Part shown: positions 35,080-41,916 of the stretch, piece after piece
Numbering within the stretch: the first letter of the stretch is position 1
Layout: every line of letters begins with the position of its first letter
UHGV virus genome: UHGV-0326656
From: a virus
DNA length: 41,916 nucleotides
Direction: 5' to 3' (one strand)
The notes under the pieces: generated by a model
Database searches by the model: none
What the model was told of the DNA's origin: nothing
The model's input: the letters and a program-made list of their open reading frames with translations, nothing else
Position numbers and translations under genes: made by a program

Positions 35080-36408
35080 ATGACGTGGAAAGACAGGCTT
35101 CAGGATGCGTCATTTCGAGGTGTGCCGTTTAAGGTTGAAGAAGAAAGTGCGGGAACCGGTCGCCGTGTGGAAACACATGAATACCCGAACCGCGACAAGC
35201 CCTATACCGAAGATCTGGGAAAAGTCACTTTCCGCCCGTCCATCACAGCTTATGTGGTGGGAGATGACTGCTTTGACCAGCGCGATCGCCTGATTGAAGC
35301 GCTGAATAAACCAGGTCCCGGCACGCTTGTCCACCCGACATATGGTGAGCTGAAAGTCTGTGTTGACGGGGAAGTTCGGGTCAGCACATCGAAAAGTGAA
35401 GGGCGTATTGTCCGCTTTGACCTGAAGTTTGTCGAAGCGGGAGAACTCTCTTACCCCACATCAGGCGTGGCGACGGCGCAGACGCTGATGTCATCCTGTT
35501 CTGCACTGGATGACTGCATCAGTGACAGTTTCAGTAGTTTCAGTATCGATGGCGTGGCAGATTTTGTGCAGAACGACGTCGTCGGTAATGCCAGCACAAT
35601 GCTTGGGTATGTTTCTGATGCGATGAAAGTGGTGGATTCTGCCGTATCGGATGCCGCCAGGCTGTTGCAGGGGGATATCTCGGTACTTCTGCCGCCGCCA
35701 TCGTCAGGCAAAAATTTCGTTGAGCAGGTGCAGAAAATGTGGCGTACCGGGAAACGCCTTTATGGTAACGCCAGCGACCTGGTCACCATGATCAAAACGC
35801 TTTCCGGTGTCAGCCTCGGCAGCGATCTGCAACCGCGCGGCGTCTGGAAAACGGACAGTAAAACCACCGCCACGGCTACGCAGCAGCGTAACGTGGTTGC
35901 CAGCACCCTTCGTACGACCGCAATCAGCGAAGCGACGTATGCCGTCACCCGATTGCCTGCGCCAACAACTTCCGCGGTGATGCAGAATGCCGCAGTGGGG
36001 CAGGCAACAACACCTGCGCAGAGCACTGGCTGGCCTTCCGTCACGCATCCGGCACTGAACAATGCACCGGCGGTGAAAAACACAGTTGACCTGCCGACGT
36101 GGGAAGAACTGACTGACATTCGCGACACACTGAATACGGCAATTGATAAGGAGTTGTCCCGTACAACCAGTGATGCGCTGTTTCTGGCGCTGCGCCGGGT
36201 GAAAGCAGATCTGAATGCGGATATCAACACGCGCCTTGAACAGTCTGCACGGATCATTCAGCGCGCACCGGATGAGGTTTTACCCGCGCTGGTGCTGGCG
36301 GCGACCTGGTTTGATAACGCGGCGCGTGACGCGGACATTATTCGGCGTAATGCCATTACGCATCCCGGCTTTGTGCCGGTGATCCCTCTGAAGGTGCCAG
36401 TGCAATGA
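35080..36408 (+). CDS. DNA circulation protein (Mu N / gp43-like)
   Basis: MTWKDRLQDASFRGVPFKVEEESAGTGRRVETHEYPNRD... characteristic N-terminus; GGAG ribosome-binding site. Confidence 0.85.
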   Translation: MTWKDRLQDASFRGVPFKVEEESAGTGRRVETHEYPNRDKPYTEDLGKVTFRPSITAYVVGDDCFDQRDRLIEALNKPGPGTLVHPTYGELKVCVDGEVRVSTSKSEGRIVRFDLKFVEAGELSYPTSGVATAQTLMSSCSALDDCISDSFSSFSIDGVADFVQNDVVGNASTMLGYVSDAMKVVDSAVSDAARLLQGDISVLLPPPSSGKNFVEQVQKMWRTGKRLYGNASDLVTMIKTLSGVSLGSDLQPRGVWKTDSKTTATATQQRNVVASTLRTTAISEATYAVTRLPAPTTSAVMQNAAVGQATTPAQSTGWPSVTHPALNNAPAVKNTVDLPTWEELTDIRDTLNTAIDKELSRTTSDALFLALRRVKADLNADINTRLEQSARIIQRAPDEVLPALVLAATWFDNAARDADIIRRNAITHPGFVPVIPLKVPVQ

Positions 36409-37484
36409 ACGACAATGTCACGCTACGGGTAAATGGCCGGGAGTGGAATGGCTGGACATCGGTGCGCATCGGTGCCGGTATTGAACGGCTGGCGCGGGAT
36501 TTCAGTGTGGAGATCACCCGCCAGTGGCCGGGTGATGAGGGTATCACCACGCTTCAGCCGCGCATTAAAAACGGTTCAAAAGTGGAGGTGCTGATTGGTG
36601 ATGAGCTGGTGATCACCGGCTGGGTGGAGGCGACGCCCGTTCGTTACGATGCCCGTTCGGTCAGCACCGGTATTGCCGGACGCAGTCTGACCGCTGACCT
36701 GATTGACTGTGCAGCCGAACCGACACAGTTTAACGGACGATCGCTGGTACAGATTGCGCAGGCGCTTGCTGCGCCTTTCGGCATTGAGGTGGTGAACAAC
36801 GGTGCGCCGTCGGGTGTTATTCCTGACATCCAGCCTGATCACGGCGAAACGGTGATTGAGGTGATCAACAAAATACTCGGTCAGCAGCAGGCACTGGCTT
36901 ACGACGACCCGCACGGCAGGCTGGTGATTGGCGGTATTGGCTCAACTCGGGCACATACCGCGCTGGTACTTGGGGAAAACATCCTTTCCTGCGATACGGA
37001 GAAGAGTATCCGGGAGCGGTTTTCAGTTTACCAGGTGGCGGGGCAGCGTGCCGGAAACGACGATGATTTCGGTGAGGCCACCACCACCGCGCTGCGGGCC
37101 CGCACAGAGGACGCATTTATTGCCCGTTACCGTCCGATGTATATCAGGCAGACAGGGCAGGCCACGGGGGCAGGCTGTATTGCGCGTGCTGACTTTGAAG
37201 CCCGACAACGGGCGGCGCGGACGGATGAAACCACTTATGTGGTGCAGGGCTGGCGACAGGGTAACGGTACGCTGTGGCAGCCCAACCAGCGGGTGATTGT
37301 CTTCGATCCGGTCTGTGGTTTCGACAATACCGAACTGCTTGTTTCGGAAGTCACGTTTACTCAGGACCAGAACGGCACCCTGACGGAAATCCGTGTCGGC
37401 CCGCCTGATGCTTATCTGCCTGAACCCGAAGATCCCGGCGCGCGGAAAAAGAAAAAAGCCAGAGTACAGGAGGACCCGTTCTGA
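36405..37484 (+). CDS. baseplate hub protein (Mu P / gp44-like)
   Basis: 359 aa in conserved Mu-like order. Confidence 0.8.
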   Translation: MNDNVTLRVNGREWNGWTSVRIGAGIERLARDFSVEITRQWPGDEGITTLQPRIKNGSKVEVLIGDELVITGWVEATPVRYDARSVSTGIAGRSLTADLIDCAAEPTQFNGRSLVQIAQALAAPFGIEVVNNGAPSGVIPDIQPDHGETVIEVINKILGQQQALAYDDPHGRLVIGGIGSTRAHTALVLGENILSCDTEKSIRERFSVYQVAGQRAGNDDDFGEATTTALRARTEDAFIARYRPMYIRQTGQATGAGCIARADFEARQRAARTDETTYVVQGWRQGNGTLWQPNQRVIVFDPVCGFDNTELLVSEVTFTQDQNGTLTEIRVGPPDAYLPEPEDPGARKKKKARVQEDPF

Positions 37485-38032
37485 TGAGGGCGATTGAAGC
37501 CATGCAGCGACAACTTCTCGGCCTGATTGGGCGGGCCGTGGTGAAAAGCATCAGTGCCGGCACGAAATGTCAGACCGTGGATGTGTCCCTGATTGCCGGT
37601 GAACCCAAAGCCGGGGTTGAACATCTTGAACCCTACGGTTTTACCGCAAGGGCAAACAGCGGTGCGGAAGCGGTGGTGTTGTTTCCGGATGGCGACCGTT
37701 CTCATGCGGTGGTTGTTACGGTGTCGGACCGGCGCTACCGCCTGAAAGGGCTGCAGACGGGTGAGGTGGCTGTCTATGACGATCAGGGGCAGTCCGTGAC
37801 GCTGACCCGGGAGGGGATCGTGGTGGACGGTGCAGGTAAAACGATCACGTTTCGCAATTCACCTAAAGCACGTTTTGAAATGGACCTGGAAGTGACAGGA
37901 CAGGTGAAAGACCTGTGCGACTCCAGCGGCACTACCATGTCAGCGATGCGGCTTGCCTATAACGGGCATCGTCACAGAGAGAACGGTCAGGGCAGTAACA
38001 CCGACAAACCGGATAAAGCGATGGAGGCATGA
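37484..38032 (+). CDS. baseplate spike/assembly protein (Mu gp45, P2 V-like)
   Basis: 182 aa in conserved order. Confidence 0.75.
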   Translation: MRAIEAMQRQLLGLIGRAVVKSISAGTKCQTVDVSLIAGEPKAGVEHLEPYGFTARANSGAEAVVLFPDGDRSHAVVVTVSDRRYRLKGLQTGEVAVYDDQGQSVTLTREGIVVDGAGKTITFRNSPKARFEMDLEVTGQVKDLCDSSGTTMSAMRLAYNGHRHRENGQGSNTDKPDKAMEA

Positions 38033-38457
38033 TGGAACTGTGGCTGACGGTGAACGGTAAACGCACCTGCGCCAGCGCACCGCTGGATCCGCTGACCCGC
38101 GCCGTGGTGATTTCCCTGTTTACCTGGCGGCGGGCGGAGCCTGATGACAACGCCGACGTCCCGATGGGATGGTGGGGGGATACCTGGCCTGCGGTACAGA
38201 ATGACCGTTACGGCTCCCGACTGTGGCTGCTTCAGCGCAGCAAACTGACCAATCAGCTGGTGCAGACGGTAAGGGGGTATATCCGCGAATGCCTGCAATG
38301 GATGATTGATGACGGCGTGGTGTCCCGTATTGATCTGGATATCCGCCGCACCGGGATTAATGAGCTGGGTAACAGTATCACCCTCTGGCGTCGTGACGGA
38401 CCGGTAATGATTTCTTTTGATGATCTGTGGAGTGCGATAACGCATGGCGGACAGTGA
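38029..38457 (+). CDS. baseplate protein (Mu gp46, P2 W / T4 gp25-like)
   Basis: 142 aa in conserved order. Confidence 0.75.
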   Translation: MMELWLTVNGKRTCASAPLDPLTRAVVISLFTWRRAEPDDNADVPMGWWGDTWPAVQNDRYGSRLWLLQRSKLTNQLVQTVRGYIRECLQWMIDDGVVSRIDLDIRRTGINELGNSITLWRRDGPVMISFDDLWSAITHGGQ

Positions 38458-39502
38458 ATTTCAGCGCCCGACGCTGGCAGAAAATATCAGTATGCTCCGT
38501 AACGATTTATTCGCCAGGCTGGACGTCAGCGACACGCTCCGGCGCATGGATGAAGACGTGCGGGCAAAGGTGTATGCGGCGGCGCTGCATACGGTTTACG
38601 GGTACATCGATTATCTGGCAATGAACATTCTGCCTGACCTGTGCGATGAGTCCTGGCTGGCGCGACATGCTGCGATGAAACGGTGTCCGCGCAAGGGGGC
38701 CACGGCTGCCAGCGGGTATATGCGCTGGGAAGGTGTCAGCGATGGCCTGAAGGTGACCGCCGGGAGTGTTATTCAGCGCGATGACCTGGTGCAGTACACG
38801 GCAACTGCCGATGCAACCAGCTCCGGTGGTGTCCTGCGCGTGCCGATCGCCTGCTCAAATGCAGGCGCGGTCGGTAACGCTGACGACGGTACGGCATTAA
38901 TCCTGGTCACGCCGGTGAATGGTCTGCCGTCTTCCGGTGTGGCTGACACCCTGACAGGCGGATTTGATACTGAAGAGCTGGAAACGTGGCGCGCCCGCGT
39001 CATTGAGCGGTATTACTGGACGCCGCAGGGTGGGGCTGACGGGGACTATGTCGTCTGGGCTAAAGAAGTGCCCGGCATTACCCGCGCATGGACATACCGT
39101 CACTGGATGGGAACGGGAACTGTCGGTGTGATGATTGCCAGCAGTGACCTGATTAATCCCATTCCGGAAGAATCAACGGAAACGGCGGCAAGACAACATA
39201 TCGGGCCACTGGCCCCGGTGGCAGGCTCTGATTTGTATGTGTTCAGGCCGGTGGCACATACGGTGGATTTTCATATCCGCGTGACGCCGGACACACCGGA
39301 AATACGGGCTGCCATCACCGCGGAGTTGCGTTCGCTCCTGCTGCGTGATGGTTATCCGCAGGGAGAACTGAAGGTATCGCGTATCAGTGAGGCGATTTCC
39401 GGTGCGAACGGGGAATACAGCCATCAGTTGCTTGCACCGGCAGACAATATCTCCATTGCAAAAAATGAACTGGCGGTACTGGGGACGATTTCATGGACGT
39501 GA
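38444..39502 (+). CDS. baseplate J-like protein (Mu gp47)
   Basis: 352 aa in conserved order. Confidence 0.8.
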   Translation: MADSEFQRPTLAENISMLRNDLFARLDVSDTLRRMDEDVRAKVYAAALHTVYGYIDYLAMNILPDLCDESWLARHAAMKRCPRKGATAASGYMRWEGVSDGLKVTAGSVIQRDDLVQYTATADATSSGGVLRVPIACSNAGAVGNADDGTALILVTPVNGLPSSGVADTLTGGFDTEELETWRARVIERYYWTPQGGADGDYVVWAKEVPGITRAWTYRHWMGTGTVGVMIASSDLINPIPEESTETAARQHIGPLAPVAGSDLYVFRPVAHTVDFHIRVTPDTPEIRAAITAELRSLLLRDGYPQGELKVSRISEAISGANGEYSHQLLAPADNISIAKNELAVLGTISWT

Positions 39503-40077
39503 CAAACGATGATTACATCCGTCTGTTGTCGGCACTGTTGCCCCCCGGTCCGGCGTGGTCAGCCAGCGATCCGGCGATTGCCGGTGCGGCACCGTCATTA
39601 ACCCGCGTTCATCAGCGTGCGGATGCCCTGATGCGGGAGCTGGATCCGCGCACCACCACTGAACTGATAAACCGCTGGGAGCGTCTGTGCGGTCTGCCGG
39701 ATGAATGTATTCCCGCAGGGACACAGACCCTTCGCCAGCGTCAGCAACGGCTGGATGCGAAGGTTAACCTGGCGGGCGGCATCAACGAGAATTTTTATCT
39801 TGCACAGCTTGCTGCCCTGGGCAGACCAGACGCTACCATCACGCGATACGACAAAAGCACGTTCACCTGCTCATCGGCCTGTACTGACGCGGTGAATGCG
39901 CCGGAATGGCGGTATTACTGGCAGGTCAACATGCCAGCCGCCACAAACACCACCTGGATGACATGTGGCGATCCCTGTGATTCCGCGCTGCGTATCTGGG
40001 GCGACACCGTTGTCGAATGTGTGCTTAACAAACTCTGCCCGTCGCATACCTACGTAATTTTTAAATATCCGGAGTAA
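39493..40077 (+). CDS. tail protein (Mu gp48 / P2 I-like, YmfQ-type)
   Basis: 194 aa immediately upstream of the tail fibre gene. Confidence 0.7.
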   Translation: MDVTNDDYIRLLSALLPPGPAWSASDPAIAGAAPSLTRVHQRADALMRELDPRTTTELINRWERLCGLPDECIPAGTQTLRQRQQRLDAKVNLAGGINENFYLAQLAALGRPDATITRYDKSTFTCSSACTDAVNAPEWRYYWQVNMPAATNTTWMTCGDPCDSALRIWGDTVVECVLNKLCPSHTYVIFKYPE

Positions 40078-40080
40078 TCC

Positions 40081-40728
40081 ATGCATCGTATAGACACGAA
40101 AACCGCGCAGAAGGATAAGTTCGGCGCGGGTAAGAACGGTTTTACCCGTGGTAACCCCCAGACAGGCACGCCTGCCACCGATCTGGATGATGACTACTTT
40201 GACATGTTGCAGGAAGAACTCTGCAGCGTGGTGGAGGCATCCGGTGCCAGCCTGGAGAAGGGGCGAAACGACCAGTTGCTTACCGCGCTTCGTGCTCTGC
40301 TGTTAAGCCGCAAGAATCCGTTTGGTGATATCAAATCGGATGGCACGGTGAAAATGGCTCTCGAAAACCTTGGTTTGGGAGAAGCGGCAAAACGGAATGT
40401 GGGGACAGGAGAAAATCAGGTACCGGATATGAACAACTTTGGTAACTCATTGACCGCCAATGGATACCAGAAATTACCTGGGGGGATGATTATTCAATGG
40501 GGGAGTTTTTCTGTCTCACCAACCGGAGGAAGTGTTGGAACAGTTGATATAACATTACCTGTAGCTTTCCCTGCTGCTTGTCGTTCGGTAAACGCTCTTA
40601 TTTCAACTAATGATCCTTCTGCCCGTTCTGTGGGCTTTGATATTGGAAGTACCAACAGAACTAAAATCAGATTTACTTACACTTCTGCTACAACAAATTC
40701 AATTTACTGGATGGCTGTGGGGTATTAA
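40081..40728 (+). CDS. tail fibre protein with conserved N-terminus and swappable C-terminal tip
   Basis: [24 protein letters not shown]... fibre N-terminus; composition turns AT-rich after the crossover site at 40359-40384. Confidence 0.8.
   Translation: MHRIDTKTAQKDKFGAGKNGFTRGNPQTGTPATDLDDDYFDMLQEELCSVVEASGASLEKGRNDQLLTALRALLLSRKNPFGDIKSDGTVKMALENLGLGEAAKRNVGTGENQVPDMNNFGNSLTANGYQKLPGGMIIQWGSFSVSPTGGSVGTVDITLPVAFPAACRSVNALISTNDPSARSVGFDIGSTNRTKIRFTYTSATTNSIYWMAVGY
40359..40384. other. hix/gix-type crossover site inside the tail fibre gene (left boundary of the invertible segment)
   Basis: CTCTCGAAAACCTTGGTTTGGGAGAA: two 12-bp half-sites around a TT core; right half-site identical to the reverse complement of 1171-1196; encodes ...ALENLGLGE... 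at the constant/variable junction. Confidence 0.6.
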
Positions 40729-40730
40729 CT

Positions 40731-41162
40731 ATGGAAAAGACATATTATTTTAATCCCTCTGATTCGGGATTTTATATTTCACCAGATAGCCAAACCATTC
40801 CTGAGAACGCTACGAAAATAAACTTTACTATTTATTCTGAGTTCGCAGGAGTTGCATGGCCTGATGGTAAAATACTTGGTTCAGATAAAAATGGTTTTCC
40901 AGCATGGCAGGATGCGCCACCACTTACCAGCGAAGAATTAATCTCAATCGCTGAATCAAATAAACAGCGATTAGTTAATCAGGCCAACGAATACATGAAC
41001 AGTAAACAATGGCCTGGTAAAGCGGCGATTGGTCGTCTGAAAGGTGAGGAACTGGCGCAATATAATTTGTGGCTGGATTATCTGGACGCACTGGAACTGG
41101 TCGATACTTCCAGTGCGCCAGATATTGAATGGCCTACGCCTCCGGCAGTTCAGGCCAGATGA
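40731..41162 (+). CDS. tail fibre assembly protein (Tfa)
   Basis: 143 aa immediately after the fibre gene; C-terminal 50 aa shared with the inverted copy. Confidence 0.85.
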   Translation: MEKTYYFNPSDSGFYISPDSQTIPENATKINFTIYSEFAGVAWPDGKILGSDKNGFPAWQDAPPLTSEELISIAESNKQRLVNQANEYMNSKQWPGKAAIGRLKGEELAQYNLWLDYLDALELVDTSSAPDIEWPTPPAVQAR

Positions 41163-41736
41163 CATCCGGCGCGGTGCTGGTATCTGTTGCCGTCACCGCG
41201 TCAATGTAATCCAGCACAGCGTTAAGTCTGGTTGTTTCTGCCTGCGTCGGTTTACGTCCGGCCTGCAATTTCAGTTGAATCAGACTGATGGAAGCCATTG
41301 CTGCATCAATCAGTGACTGGCGCTGTGCTTCTGCCGCTTCTACTGCGGCACCGTATTGTGCCTCAGTATCTGTCACCCATTTTTCACCATCCCATTTATC
41401 GTATGGCGTTAACGGGGCGATAGTGGTTGTATTTTCGGGATAGTCGCCTAGTGCTGTGATTTCTTTGGCATCTCCCGTTTCGGTGTTATAGACTATTTCA
41501 CCTCGATGGTCTGACACATATTCCCATGATTTTAAATCCACAGAACGGAAAATTGTATAACCAGCCTTATATGTACCAGGAGCGTCTAAACAGGAATATG
41601 CAGGGATACCGACACCAATGGCAAGATATTCATTTGAAGTGGAAATATATTCCCGTGTTTCGCCATCATAGTTATAGACGGTAATATTTCCCGCCTTTGT
41701 AGCAATAAACTCGCTATTTAATACAGCGTTATCCAT
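41134..41736 (-). CDS. tail fibre assembly protein, inverted-orientation copy (Tfa')
   Basis: 200 aa, convergent with Tfa; about 85% identical to the 122..724 ORF. Confidence 0.85.
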   Translation of the reverse strand: MDNAVLNSEFIATKAGNITVYNYDGETREYISTSNEYLAIGVGIPAYSCLDAPGTYKAGYTIFRSVDLKSWEYVSDHRGEIVYNTETGDAKEITALGDYPENTTTIAPLTPYDKWDGEKWVTDTEAQYGAAVEAAEAQRQSLIDAAMASISLIQLKLQAGRKPTQAETTRLNAVLDYIDAVTATDTSTAPDVIWPELPEA

Positions 41737-41737
41737 T

Positions 41738-41916
41738 ATGCAGCCCTCACGATATAGTTAAATGCAATATTCCGTGGGCGAGTATCGGCAGGAACGACAT
41801 ACATTTCACCAATTGCCCGCTCATTAGAGTTGTTCAGCAATAGGCTTGAGCCATTACTGTCATGACCCGTAATTAAGATATCATTGGACAAAATAAGTGA
41901 GCCCGTACCTGCAGGA
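41738..41916 (-). CDS. alternative tail fibre C-terminal segment, partial (runs off the window)
   Basis: Minus-strand frame ...NDILITGHDSNGSSLLLNNSNERAIGEMYVVPADTRPRNIAFNYIVRAA with stop overlapping the Tfa' start; same terminal motif as the 724..1179 ORF. Confidence 0.7.

Noticed and set aside
35451-36257. Minus-strand ORFs within the DNA circulation gene (35451..35711, 35704..36048, 35760..36257)
   Set aside because: Arg/Cys/Ser-rich translations inside a well-supported + strand gene; spurious.
1-41916. Circular replicon or assembly overlap implied by matching window ends
   Set aside because: The end repeats are only about 85-90% identical with different flanking genes, so they are paralogous cassettes, not the same sequence seen twice.
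1-41916. CRISPR arrays, rRNA genes or complete tRNA genes
   Set aside because: No regularly spaced short direct repeats with unique spacers and no rRNA- or tRNA-like complete structures were found; the only RNA-gene sequences are the ssrA and tRNA-Thr 3' fragments.

Overview
The window is almost entirely prophage DNA of enterobacterial (E. coli/Shigella-like) type. Positions 6561-41916 are one near-complete temperate phage with lambda-like regulation, an HK97-type head module and a Mu-like contractile tail, ending in an invertible tail-fibre cassette (stf-tfa / tfa'-stf') cut by the window edge. Its gene order runs: integrase and excisionase beside a 46-nt tRNA-Thr(CGU) 3' fragment (att core), leftward early genes, a cI/cro switch with TTGCG-N5-GCAA operators, a replication initiator with internal iterons, a nin-like region (PerC-like, LexA-DBD-like, RusA, KilA-N, DUF968, Q), the lysis cassette, then HNH/terminase and structural genes. 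Positions 1-6500 look like the right end of a second, related prophage lying upstream in tandem: a homologous but about 10-15% diverged tail-fibre cassette, a truncated invertase fused to a umuC 3' fragment, and a cargo region. The cargo holds an AT-rich 331-aa orphan gene, a yedK-like SRAP gene split by an intact IS3 with 3-bp target duplication, a 28-nt ssrA 3' fragment and a two-gene membrane-protein operon. AT-rich moron genes with their own promoters or terminators sit in classic hotspots (after Q, after Rz, between tape measure and baseplate, in the immunity region). The strongest candidates for an undescribed system are the membrane-protein pair at 5041-5945, the 331-aa orphan at 1608-2603, the HEPN-motif gene after Q, and a near-consensus SOS box inside cI paired with a phage LexA-DBD-only protein. 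All protein family calls are from reading the translations and remembered family sequences; no database search was run.
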